Part shown: piece by piece, positions 52,282 to 61,863 of the stretch
Position numbering within the stretch: the stretch's first letter is position 1
Layout of the letters: every line of letters begins with the position of its first letter
From: Nitrospirota bacterium
GTDB taxonomy: Bacteria; Nitrospirota; UBA9217
DNA: 64,000 bases
Assembly: GCA_963737155.1 (NCBI GenBank)
Contig: CAVTRN010000002.1
Span: forward strand, 2,816,001 to 2,880,000
Reading direction: 5' to 3'
Program-made: the position numbers and the translations under genes
The notes under the pieces: model-generated
What the model saw: the letters and a program-made list of their open reading frames with translations, nothing else
Told to the model about the DNA's origin: nothing
Database searches by the model: none

Positions 52282-52998
52282 CTATTTTCCGTGCTTTTTG
52301 CCGCTCTTTTCATTTTCTTTTACACATTCCCTGAAGTTTATAAGCAGTGACCTGTCCCAATCCGTCAATTCTGAGAATTCCACCCCTACGTCGTAATATG
52401 CACGCACTGTATCCTGAGTCATGCGACACGAAACAATTTTTCCCATAAAACTTACAGAATCACAAGCGTTAACTGACAACTCCATGAGAACCATGCTGTC
52501 TATCTTCAATTGATGATCAGTTTGGATAATTACACCACTCTGGCTAATATCTTTTACGCCGAACTGTGCGGGTAGCTTCAAAACTTCTTCGTTAGGCGTT
52601 GTGATGGAAAACTGAATGTCACGATAGAACCATTCAGGTCGCTCTGGTACTGGTGTTTTCTTGTTGTTTTCAATTGAATCGAGCAAATCCTTAACTTTAT
52701 CTGCTGATTCATCTTTGAACAATATACCTGCCGAGTAAATAGTGACTTTTTCTCCATCAGTTCTTTCTTCAATTCCGCTTAATTCGGAACGAACCACTAT
52801 CCCCTGTACATTAATATACTTTCTCTCGTACCCGAGCATCATCAAACACTCTTTCCCTATATTAAGCTTCCTGTCTGCTTTGAGCGCCACTCCACCCAAA
52901 CTAATATCAATAATTTCTACTTTACCGATTGAGCTTATCTTGCTGCTTAGATCGATTAAATCCAACCTGAATCTCTGGTGTCTTCTCATCTTCAGCAT
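52282..52998 (-). CDS. Tandem PilZ domain protein, paralog of 20900-21619
   Basis: RRHQR..DISLGG; shared RSELSGIEE; second domain DISQSG..VGVEF lacks RxxxR. Confidence 0.88.
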   Translation of the reverse strand: MLKMRRHQRFRLDLIDLSSKISSIGKVEIIDISLGGVALKADRKLNIGKECLMMLGYERKYINVQGIVVRSELSGIEERTDGEKVTIYSAGILFKDESADKVKDLLDSIENNKKTPVPERPEWFYRDIQFSITTPNEEVLKLPAQFGVKDISQSGVIIQTDHQLKIDSMVLMELSVNACDSVSFMGKIVSCRMTQDTVRAYYDVGVEFSELTDWDRSLLINFRECVKENEKSGKKHGK

Positions 52999-53186
52999 CC
53001 TGTAACTCCAATTGTTATTCTCTGGTATTGTGAAGATGACGATGAGCTTATAAATTGCTCATATGATCGTAATTTATATTTTCGGCGATCTTTGCCCGTT
53101 CTTCTCTCTTTGCCGCTTCTTCGCTCCGGCCCTTTGTAATTTGGGTCGTTTAGTTTTCTTCTATCTTCACCTGATCTTCGACTCAT
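52992..53186 (-). CDS. Small Arg-rich protein with YKGPERR and (D/E)RR repeats; putative c-di-GMP-binding micro-protein
   Basis: MSRRSGEDRRKLNDPNYKGPERRSGKERRTGKDRRK; GAGGGG upstream; stop overlaps the PilZ gene start. Confidence 0.6.
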   Translation of the reverse strand: MSRRSGEDRRKLNDPNYKGPERRSGKERRTGKDRRKYKLRSYEQFISSSSSSQYQRITIGVTGC

Positions 53187-53383
53187 CTGAGTGCAATGCC
53201 CCTCACAACAGTTTGTTTCTCGAGCTCACAATGAACGGAATAGTCTACGGATTGCCTTCACGACAACCTCGCCAGCACCAATACCGACAAGAATACTCAC
53301 CCAGGAATGAGCTCATCTTCAAGGCTTTAGTCAAGGTGCAGGGACAATGCGCCGCAAAAAGTTTTTCTCTCCCAACCATGTTA

Positions 53384-54498
53384 TTAATCGTCTCATAATA
53401 GTATTAACACTAATTATGCCGCATACTTTGTTGTTTCGTTATTAAAGTAAGCGCGCACACGATCAGGAGACTTTTGGATAAACCTCAAATGACTGACTAC
53501 TGCACCATGTAATTGTTCCGGTGAACTAATTGCCTGACGACCAACTGCATTGTTCTTCAGGTCATTCCAGACTCTCTCATCGGGATTCAGCTCTGGAGAA
53601 TACGGCGGTAAAAAGAACAGACGAAACTTTTCCTTAATGGTTTCAATATAGTTAGAAACCTTGCGAGACTTGTGTGACGGATGACCATCAACGATGAGAA
53701 ATATCATCCGTTTGCTGCCTTGAATAAGCCGCTTTATGAATTCAATAAATTGCTGCGACGCTACGCGACCTTTGACTACCATGAACCTAAATTCGCCTTG
53801 TGCACTAACAGCCGAAATCATATTCAATCCGAAGCGCGCTCCTGTGCTGCTCACAATCGGGGTCTCACCCTTCATGGCCCAAGTGGTGCCCGCATGATGA
53901 TCAGAGCGAACGCCAGCTTCATCTCCAAAGAAGATTTGAGCCTTCATGCGACGCGCCATGCTTCGTATCCGAGGATACTCCTTCTCCAGCCACTCCTGAA
54001 CCGCTGCCGGCTTTTGCTGATAGGCACGCCAAACAGGACGCTGTGGAGTCAATCCCAACTGTCCCAGCAAACGACAAACGGATGCTTTGCTCAATCTCAT
54101 ACCAAATCGCTTATATATTACCTGCCCAATGATCTTCGCTGTCCACAGGGCATAGGTAAACTTCAACTGAAGCGGATTTTTCGTGGTCACAGTACGATAA
54201 ACCCATTCTATAGCCTTAGCATCCATTTTTGGCGGGCGACCGCCTCGTTTGTTGGCATCAAGAGCACCCCAGCCCCCGTTTCGATATCGTGCCAACCAGC
54301 CATAGATGGTGACGCGATTTATACCCAGGGCTTTGGCCACCAGTTCGGGGCTTTGTCCTTCCTGGACACTATTTACCGCACGCTTTCTGAGCTCAGTCAG
54401 AGTTTTATGGTCAAGATTTCTCGCATCTGCTTTTTTCTTCATGAAAATAACTATACCACAGATGCAAGATTATGTCAATACTATTATGAGACGGTTAA
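53384..54498 (-). mobile_element. IS630-family insertion sequence, copy 2 (1115 bp)
   Basis: Same IRs and identical transposase as copy 1; TA at 53382-53383 and 54499-54500. Confidence 0.95.
53414..54442 (-). CDS. IS630-family transposase
   Basis: 342-aa protein identical to that at 5431-6459. Confidence 0.95.
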   Translation of the reverse strand: MKKKADARNLDHKTLTELRKRAVNSVQEGQSPELVAKALGINRVTIYGWLARYRNGGWGALDANKRGGRPPKMDAKAIEWVYRTVTTKNPLQLKFTYALWTAKIIGQVIYKRFGMRLSKASVCRLLGQLGLTPQRPVWRAYQQKPAAVQEWLEKEYPRIRSMARRMKAQIFFGDEAGVRSDHHAGTTWAMKGETPIVSSTGARFGLNMISAVSAQGEFRFMVVKGRVASQQFIEFIKRLIQGSKRMIFLIVDGHPSHKSRKVSNYIETIKEKFRLFFLPPYSPELNPDERVWNDLKNNAVGRQAISSPEQLHGAVVSHLRFIQKSPDRVRAYFNNETTKYAA

Positions 54499-54630
54499 TA
54501 TTGAGCAGATTAAAGTCTATGTTAATGTATAGAATGGGTTTTTTTACCAAAAAAAACACAGCTGAATACTGTTGAAAGTTTATGCGTTATAATAATGAAC
54601 GGTGTCAAAACTGACAGGAAATTCTATATT

Positions 54631-54765
54631 AATGAACCTTCCCGCAGCAAGCTGCGGGATATCTATAAAAAAGGAGGACGATTATCTTTTGAGAAACCTG
54701 CAATTTCTCAAACTCTTCCCTCTATGCGGTGACCCTGTAGCAAGCTACAGGGAATTGCAAATTAA
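54631..54765. mobile_element. About 135-bp MITE/PATE-like element with two palindromes, copy B
   Basis: Hairpins CCCGCAGCAAGCTGCGGG and CCCTGTAGCAAGCTACAGGG; colinear with 35600-35733. Confidence 0.7.
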
Positions 54766-54939
54766 TTAGCACAGCAAAAAAATATTTTTTTTAAAACCTA
54801 CCCAATCCTGAAACCTCCTGCTAAGCATAAATTCACTCTCGCAATTATATCTTCGGGTAAAAAAGTTTCGAATGGATAATTTTGATGATACCAAGCTTCG
54901 GGATTTTTGTCAATTTAGGAACAAATTTCGAATTCTGTG

Positions 54940-55080
54940 GAGTATATGATCGTTGATCTTGACATTGCCGAGGAGAAACTCACGCATTCTTCTGCACAGC
55001 AACCGGCACCGCACTTTACGTTAGCATGTTCCTGAACAATATCGTCGGAGGGTTTCGCAAGCTGCCCGTACAGGTCTCGA
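54940..55080 (-). pseudogene. Possible universal stress protein remnant
   Basis: Fragments KPSDDIVQEH and RRMREFLLGNV; weak support. Confidence 0.3.
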
Positions 55081-55233
55081 GCTGAAAATGGAGAGCACGA
55101 TCTCTCAATGAGATCCTTTCATTATCAAGAATGGCGGATATGACTGCACAATGCTCAACTACTACTTAATCCTGTGGTTATATCACTCGTTGGATGTGTA
55201 CGTTGCCCCGCCATTTGCGCGTGTTAGGTTCTA

Positions 55234-55599
55234 TTAATTATCATCCAACAACTCTGTACGCACCAAGGCAAGGATCGCCGAGTGAGGGACGATAAGGTAC
55301 TTCTTCTCCTCGAACTCTATCTCCATAGCCAAATCCTTGAGAAAAATGGCATAATCCCCTTCCGAAGCTTGGAGTGGAAGGTACCTTACTTCCTTCTTTC
55401 CCGTAGTCCACGACTCGTCAGGCGCAGTGTCCGGGATCGCGTATCCCGGGCCGACGTTCACTACATGACCGCCGAGAATTTTTTCCTTTTCCTTGACCGA
55501 GGGAGGAAGATAGAGCCCCGACGTAGTCTTGTCCATCATTTCATCGGGATTGATGAGGACCCTATCCCCGACGATAATAATGTTCTTTTTGGTTTTCAT
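55234..55599 (-). CDS. GroES-family co-chaperonin paralog
   Basis: VGDRVLI, TTSGLYLP, VGPGY and EIEFEEKKYLIVP.SAIL; ATG at 55599 preceded by GAGG. Confidence 0.85.
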   Translation of the reverse strand: MKTKKNIIIVGDRVLINPDEMMDKTTSGLYLPPSVKEKEKILGGHVVNVGPGYAIPDTAPDESWTTGKKEVRYLPLQASEGDYAIFLKDLAMEIEFEEKKYLIVPHSAILALVRTELLDDN

Positions 55600-56044
55600 G
55601 GCCACCCTCACAACTCTGGATAGTCCCATGGCAGATGATGTGCTTTTTTTTGCCCGCCACATGGGCAAGAATCCCCGCAATCCGATATCTGCGATCCGCG
55701 AACCAGCGATATGCAATACGGGACAATGCTGATAAGCCTGGCACTTTGAACAGCACCGCAGCAAAATGATAACGCCTGAGGCGCCGAACGATCTCAGGCA
55801 AGGCTTTCTCTCCCACTAGCACCGTGCCGCCAGGAAGAACCAGGTGCATAGCACTCGTGCACGCAGCCTGCTCAATTTCAGGAAATCGGGAGGTCATAAT
55901 TTCCGACTGGCAAGGTAACATTTCAAAGGAATCTCGCACTTCGTTTTCGCCGATCCATTTCACTGAATTCGAACAGATTGAACAGTTTTTGTCGAAAATA
56001 AACGCTGCTTTCCCTGTATTAAGTCCCTCTCGATGCTGTTTCAT
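55562..56044 (-). CDS. DUF393/DCC1-like thiol-disulfide oxidoreductase
   Basis: FDKNCSIC (DxxCxxC) and YRWFADRRY. Confidence 0.85.
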   Translation of the reverse strand: MKQHREGLNTGKAAFIFDKNCSICSNSVKWIGENEVRDSFEMLPCQSEIMTSRFPEIEQAACTSAMHLVLPGGTVLVGEKALPEIVRRLRRYHFAAVLFKVPGLSALSRIAYRWFADRRYRIAGILAHVAGKKKHIICHGTIQSCEGGHENQKEHYYRRG

Positions 56045-56351
56045 ATCATTGACGTATCTTCCATTTCATCCAAGGAAACCGCTTTAGCTGATATATCTTT
56101 CCCTCATTACTATTTATAGCGCCTGTAACACACCTATGTCAAGATGAAGATGCAGAATGATATGTCGGATCGCGAACATAAAATTAGCTGCAAAGAATAC
56201 ACACTTAGCGATCCGGAAATGTATAATTTCATATATCTATTGTAATTCCACCTGCCCGGTCGTTTGACTACACCGAACAGCAGACCCTCTTCTTATCTGT
56301 CCCTCGTGGAAAGCATAATGGCGGTTTTTTGGATGAGTTCCGGCATAACGT

Positions 56352-57635
56352 TCATAGATTCCCTCTCAGTCTCTCAGCCTGGAGAATCCGCTTAACCGCT
56401 AGTTCATAGGCTGCCTTGCGCATCCTGCACCGCTTTTCACGACAGTGGCCGCTGACATCGTTGAATGCAGTGATCATGGTCTGTTTTAGTTTTTCGAGAA
56501 CTTTATCTTCCGGCCAAGCTTCGCCGCTGAGGTTCTGGCTCCACTCGAAGAAGCTTACCACCACGCCGCCGGCATTGGCAAGGATATCCGGGATAAGCAG
56601 GACGTCCCTGCTGAAAAAGATATCGTCCGCCGTCGCCGTGGTCGGCGCATTCGCGAGTTCAAGGATGATCTCCGCTTTCACATCTTTTGCGTTTCCTGCA
56701 TTAAGCTGGTTTGAAAGCGCTGCTGGAACCAGCACGTTGCAGTCTGAGGTCAAAATTTCGGCGTTGGAGATATCCCGGCCGCCAGGGAATTTCGTGACGC
56801 TGCCCATTTTATTCTTGTGCTGCATTACCGCAGGGATGTCCAGTCCATCCTGGTTCAGGATGCCACCGTTCACATCGCTGACTGCAATGACGCAGTACCC
56901 TCGTTCGAAGAGCAGGCGTGCAGTGTTTTCGCCGACGTTGCCGAATCCCTGGACAGCCACGCGAAGTTTCCCGGGCTCCATGCCACGGTCCTTTATTGCC
57001 TGTTCAAGTACATGAATCCCTCCCAAAGCCGTTGAATACCGCCGTGCTCTGATGCCACCCAGCTCCGCCGGCTTTCCCGTGACGACTGCAGGAACATGTT
57101 CCCGCTTGATCCGCTCGTACTCATCGAGGATCCACGCCATGATCTGTTCGTCGGTATAGACGTCCGGAGCTGGAATATCCTTGAACGGCCCAATGTAGTC
57201 GGCAATGGCCCGGATATATCCGCGAGTCACTCGTTCGAGATCGCGGTGGGACAGGTCAAGAGGATCGACAGCCACGCCGCCCTTGGCGCCGCCAAAGGGG
57301 ATGTTCACCACCGCGCATTTGAGCGCCATGAGAAATGCAAGCTCGCGTGCATGCTCCTCATCCATCTCAGGATGAAAACGGATGCCGCCTTTAGAGGGCC
57401 CCCGCGCGTCGTTGTACTGGACACGATAACCGGTGAACATCTGCGATTTTCCCATCGTCAGTTTGACGGGAAAGGTCACGGTAAAGGACCTGCGAGGCAT
57501 GGACAGTAGAGCGAGTTCGTCCTTCGTGAGCCCGAGGTCGGCATAGATTGTCTGCAGTTCGGTCATGCCGAGACTGCGTAGATCTTTTTCGTCAAGATGA
57601 AGCCGTTCATGGTTGCGGTTCATGGAAACCCCCAA
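56352..57635 (-). CDS. gdhA: Glu/Leu/Phe/Val dehydrogenase (glutamate dehydrogenase)
   Basis: GPSKGGIRFHP, PFGGAKGG, DIPAPD, QGFGNVG and PDILANAGGV. Confidence 0.9.
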   Translation of the reverse strand: MGVSMNRNHERLHLDEKDLRSLGMTELQTIYADLGLTKDELALLSMPRRSFTVTFPVKLTMGKSQMFTGYRVQYNDARGPSKGGIRFHPEMDEEHARELAFLMALKCAVVNIPFGGAKGGVAVDPLDLSHRDLERVTRGYIRAIADYIGPFKDIPAPDVYTDEQIMAWILDEYERIKREHVPAVVTGKPAELGGIRARRYSTALGGIHVLEQAIKDRGMEPGKLRVAVQGFGNVGENTARLLFERGYCVIAVSDVNGGILNQDGLDIPAVMQHKNKMGSVTKFPGGRDISNAEILTSDCNVLVPAALSNQLNAGNAKDVKAEIILELANAPTTATADDIFFSRDVLLIPDILANAGGVVVSFFEWSQNLSGEAWPEDKVLEKLKQTMITAFNDVSGHCREKRCRMRKAAYELAVKRILQAERLRGNL

Positions 57636-57725
57636 GAAAGTTCAAAGTTCGCCGTTCAAAGAAGGCAGGCTTAGCCCTAAGATGCTTATCTTTTTGAATA
57701 TAAACTTCGAACCGTTATTTTTATT

Positions 57726-59147
57726 TTACTTTACCAGCCCCGTCTTCCTCGCCGTTTCAGCGACAGCGGCGGCAACATGAACGGGTACTTTCCGATCGAA
57801 TGGACTAGGAATGATATAGTCCTCATGTAGTTCCTCGGCTTCGATGCTATGAGCAATGGCCTTTGCCGCAGCAAGCTTCACTGCCTCGTTCACGCCGCGC
57901 GCCCGTACATCGAGCAGCCCTCGGAAGATGCCGGGGAAGCCGAGCATATTGTTAATCTGATTGGGATAGTCCGACCTTCCCGTGGCCATGATCCGGACGA
58001 GCGGTAGAGCTTCTTCAGGCGCGATCTCTGGGTCAGGGTTTGCGAGTGCAAATACGACGGGGTTCTTCACCATTCTGCGGATGTCGTCCGCGGTAATCAC
58101 GTTTGGAGCTGAAAGGCCGATGAACACGTCCGCTCCCTTCATAGCGTCGGATATACTCCCCTTTACCCTGCGGGGATTGGTAATCTTTGCGAGCTCACGC
58201 TTTGCATGGTCCATCCACCCTTTCCTTCCGCTATACAGCGCTCCGGTGCGGTCACAAACAATAATATCGCGAACGCCCGATGCAAGCATAATTTTCGTTA
58301 CCGCAGTCCCAGCTGCACCGGCACCGACCACGACGATCTTGAATTTTTTCAGGTCCCGCTTAAGGAGCCGCGAAACATTTATAAGCGCTGCAAGGGCGAC
58401 GACCGCAGTCCCGTGCTGGTCATCATGGAACACAGGGATGTCGAGCATCTTCCGAAGCCTCGTTTCCACCTCGAAGCAGTGGGGCGCGGCGAAATCTTCC
58501 AGGTTGATGCCGCCGAACGTCGGTGCGAGGTTCTTCACCGTAGTTACGATCTCGTCAATGTCTTTGGTTGCAAGGACGATCGGGAATGCATCGATGCCCG
58601 CGAACTCCTTGAATATCATAGCTTTGCCTTCCATGACTGGAAGTGCCGCTTCGGGCCCTATGTCGCCCAAGCCAAGCACGGCGGTGCCGTCTGAAACTAC
58701 TGCTACAGAATTGCCTTTGATCGTGTATCTGTAAGCGTGTTCCTTATTTTGATAGATATCCATGCAGACCCGCGCCACGCCAGGTGTGTACACTTTGGAG
58801 AGGTCGTTTCGGTCGCGCATTGGCAGTTTGTTTTTCACCTCAATTTTTCCGCCTTCGTGGGCCAAAAAAGTCCGGTCCATGATTCGAAGCACCTTAACGC
58901 CCGCGATCGCCCTGATTCCCTTCACAATCGCTTTTTCGTGATCCTCGTTCTGTGCGTTTGCCGTCACGTCTCGGATGATCTTTCCCTTTTCCACGCGTAC
59001 GATGTCCACGGACCCCAAGTCCCCCCCCGCGTTCGAAATGGCCATAGCGATCTTCGCAAACATCCCGATCCTATTTTCAATCTCAACCCTTATGGTGATG
59101 CTGTAGCTGGGACTGCATCTCAAACCCGAAACACAGATATCTTTCAT
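57726..59147 (-). CDS. NAD(P)-dependent malic enzyme with an N-terminal ACT domain
   Basis: ACT-like N-terminus, YTPGVA, DGTAVLGLG, INLED, FHDDQHGT and TGRSDYPNQ. Confidence 0.93.
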   Translation of the reverse strand: MKDICVSGLRCSPSYSITIRVEIENRIGMFAKIAMAISNAGGDLGSVDIVRVEKGKIIRDVTANAQNEDHEKAIVKGIRAIAGVKVLRIMDRTFLAHEGGKIEVKNKLPMRDRNDLSKVYTPGVARVCMDIYQNKEHAYRYTIKGNSVAVVSDGTAVLGLGDIGPEAALPVMEGKAMIFKEFAGIDAFPIVLATKDIDEIVTTVKNLAPTFGGINLEDFAAPHCFEVETRLRKMLDIPVFHDDQHGTAVVALAALINVSRLLKRDLKKFKIVVVGAGAAGTAVTKIMLASGVRDIIVCDRTGALYSGRKGWMDHAKRELAKITNPRRVKGSISDAMKGADVFIGLSAPNVITADDIRRMVKNPVVFALANPDPEIAPEEALPLVRIMATGRSDYPNQINNMLGFPGIFRGLLDVRARGVNEAVKLAAAKAIAHSIEAEELHEDYIIPSPFDRKVPVHVAAAVAETARKTGLVK

Positions 59148-59609
59148 CGTCGGTCACCTCTTTCTTTATTATAAAGGCAATCATGGCGAGGGTCAACTCC
59201 TGCAACCCAAGACAATAGTAAAGTGACATGGTCATCGACCATTGCTTTTCTTTTGGTTTTATGATCAATATTTTCTCAATATGTTTTTTGATGCACCAAG
59301 ATATGCAACAGGGTTTACAAGTTGAAAGCCTGCTCCACGGAGAAGATTGGCGGTCGAGTGGAATGATGGCTAATTTAAGCATTCGTTTTTCCTTTATTTA
59401 GGACCTTACGGAACGAGTGGGTAGCCTAAAATCCAGCACGAAAAGCAGAGTATCCCCTGGCTGCTAAATGGTAATTGCCCATATTCTCAGTCGCTTATGC
59501 AGTTTTAGGTCGCCAAAATTCGAAACCACATATATGGCATCCACAATAAACTCAGCAGCGGTAAAAATCAGGATGCAAAACATCTCAAGAATCTGTATAA
59601 TAAAAATAC

Positions 59610-61010
59610 ATGTCCTATTTTCGCATCGAAAAAGATTCACTCGGTGAAATAAAGGTCCCGAAGGATGCACTCTACGGTGCCCAGACCCAGCGCGCTGTTG
59701 ATAACTTTCCCGTAAGTGGTATCCGCTTTCCCCGCGTCTTTATCCGAAGCCTTGGGCTCATCAAAGCCGTGGCCGCTGAAGTGAACGCAGGGCTGGGATT
59801 GCTCGACGTCGGAATCGCGAATTCGATCCATCTGGCCGCGCTCGAAGTGGCTGACGGTACGTGGGACAATCATTTCCCGATAGACATCTTCCAAACCGGC
59901 TCTGGCACCTCCACGAACATGAATGCCAACGAAGTGATAGCAAACCGGGCCTCTCAAATCCTAGGTTCAACCACAGAGACGGTCCACCCCAACAATCATG
60001 TGAACATGGGGCAGTCTTCGAATGATGTTATCCCGACGGTTATTCACGTGAGCGCGTATCTCGAACTAAGCGAAGTGCTTCTTCCCGCGTTCAGACATCT
60101 CCATGCTTCGCTAAAAAACCGGGAAACTGAATTCTGCGAAGTCGTGAAGACCGGCAGAACGCACCTGATGGATGCTATGCCGGTAACGCTGGGACAGGAG
60201 ATAAGCGGCTGGGCCTTCCAGGTCGAGCAAGCTATCGAACGGATACAATCCTCCCTGCCCCGCCTGGCACAGCTCGCTATCGGAGGTACCGCAGTAGGTA
60301 CGGGCGTCAACGCGCCCGCGGACTTCGGGAAAATCGTGTCTGCAAGGCTTGCGGGCCGAACCTCCTTGCCCTTTCTAGAGACGGCGAATCATTTCTCATC
60401 GCAGGCGACCATGGACGCGGCTGTTGAACTTTCCGGCCAGCTCAAGACCACCGCGTCATCCTTCATGAAAATAGCCAATGATCTCCGATGGATGAACAGC
60501 GGACCTCTCGCGGGTCTAGGTGAGATTTCACTGCCTGCACTCCAGCCGGGCTCGAGCATCATGCCGGGGAAAGTGAACCCGGTTATGTGCGAGATGATGA
60601 TGATGGTCTGCACTCAGGTTACGGGCAATGACGCCGTGATCGCAACCAGCAACCATCTGGGCAATTTCGAACTGAACGTGATGCTGCCCGTGATTGCGCA
60701 CAATCTTCTTCAGTCGATCACCATCCTTGGCACTGCTTCGCGGCTCTTCGCGGACAAGGCAATTACCGGTTTTACTTTGAACCGGGAGCGCATCGCTGGT
60801 CTCGTGGACAAAAACCCAATCCTCGTCACGGCCTTGAATCCTGTTATCGGCTATGACACTGCCGCACAGATCGCAAAAAAAGCCTATGCTGAAGGACGAC
60901 CGTTGAAAGAAATTGCAGCTGAAATGACCAAACTTTCAAAGGAAGAACTGGATAGGCTGCTCGACCCAAAGCCCATGACCAAAGTCGGAATACCGAAAGG
61001 CAATAATTAA
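59610..61010 (+). CDS. fumC: Class II fumarate hydratase
   Basis: QTGSGTSTNMN, KTGRTHLMDA and GSSIMPGKVNP. Confidence 0.96.
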   Translation: MSYFRIEKDSLGEIKVPKDALYGAQTQRAVDNFPVSGIRFPRVFIRSLGLIKAVAAEVNAGLGLLDVGIANSIHLAALEVADGTWDNHFPIDIFQTGSGTSTNMNANEVIANRASQILGSTTETVHPNNHVNMGQSSNDVIPTVIHVSAYLELSEVLLPAFRHLHASLKNRETEFCEVVKTGRTHLMDAMPVTLGQEISGWAFQVEQAIERIQSSLPRLAQLAIGGTAVGTGVNAPADFGKIVSARLAGRTSLPFLETANHFSSQATMDAAVELSGQLKTTASSFMKIANDLRWMNSGPLAGLGEISLPALQPGSSIMPGKVNPVMCEMMMMVCTQVTGNDAVIATSNHLGNFELNVMLPVIAHNLLQSITILGTASRLFADKAITGFTLNRERIAGLVDKNPILVTALNPVIGYDTAAQIAKKAYAEGRPLKEIAAEMTKLSKEELDRLLDPKPMTKVGIPKGNN

Positions 61011-61068
61011 CAAACGTTGGCAGTATCTAGATTTTTGCTTAACACGAAACGACAAACTAGACCCCAAA

Positions 61069-61749
61069 ATGAAGGATTCGTTCATGTTATTACCCATATC
61101 CACCGTCGGCAGAAAAATCATGGTGGCAATCACGGGCCAAATCCTCGTCATTTTCATATTATTTCACATATCAGGAAACTCCTCAATCTTTTTCCATAAA
61201 CTCAACGTCTATGTCGCCGCCCTCTATACCCTGCCGGTCTTTATTTGGGGTGGGCGTATTGTCCTTATCCTGTCCTTCATCCTCCATATGTGGTATGGTA
61301 TAATCCTGAAACTCGAAAACAGGAGTGCGAAACCTCAGTCCTACATTGTAACGAACTACCGCCAAGCAACACTTGCAGGCCGGTATCAGATTTGGACAGG
61401 CGTTATCATCGCGGCCTTCCTTATCTATCATCTTCTTCAATTCACCTTCCAGGTTACGAATCTCCAGAACGCGGCTGATACCCACCTGGATGCCCTCGGC
61501 AGACCGGATATTTTAATGATGGTCGTGCGCAATTTCCAGCAGATCGGCATTTCAGGAACATATATAATTTCCCTAGCCGCCTTGGGGCTGCACTTACTCC
61601 ACGGCATCCAGAGTTCTATCCAGACTTGGGGGCTGACAAATGACAGGACACTGCCGGTGATCGAGAAAACCGGAACGATCGCCTCAATCATTTTGTTTTT
61701 CTGGTATATATCCATACCGGTGACAATTTTTCTTGGAATTTTGAAGTAG
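61069..61749 (+). CDS. sdhC: Succinate dehydrogenase/fumarate reductase cytochrome b subunit
   Basis: STVGRKIMVAITG, FH.SGN, conserved His residues, HLLHG.QS..QTWG and five TMs. Confidence 0.9.
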   Translation: MKDSFMLLPISTVGRKIMVAITGQILVIFILFHISGNSSIFFHKLNVYVAALYTLPVFIWGGRIVLILSFILHMWYGIILKLENRSAKPQSYIVTNYRQATLAGRYQIWTGVIIAAFLIYHLLQFTFQVTNLQNAADTHLDALGRPDILMMVVRNFQQIGISGTYIISLAALGLHLLHGIQSSIQTWGLTNDRTLPVIEKTGTIASIILFFWYISIPVTIFLGILK

Positions 61750-61759
61750 CAACTCTTTT

Positions 61760-61834
61760 CATCATTTCGGACCTAATCCGGAATCCAGTTGTATGAAACT
61801 GAGCCTCCGGATTTCCGCCATCGCGGGACAGACG
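61760..61834. repeat. Degenerate REP-like pair between sdhC and sdhA
   Basis: TCATTTCGGACCTAATCCGGAATCCAG ... CCGGATTTCCGCCATCGCGGGACAGAC resembles GTCATTCC..GGAATCCAG / CTGGATTCCCGC..GCGGGAATGAC repeats. Confidence 0.5.
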
Positions 61835-61863
61835 ATCATAACGTTTCAATGGCAAGGAGCACT

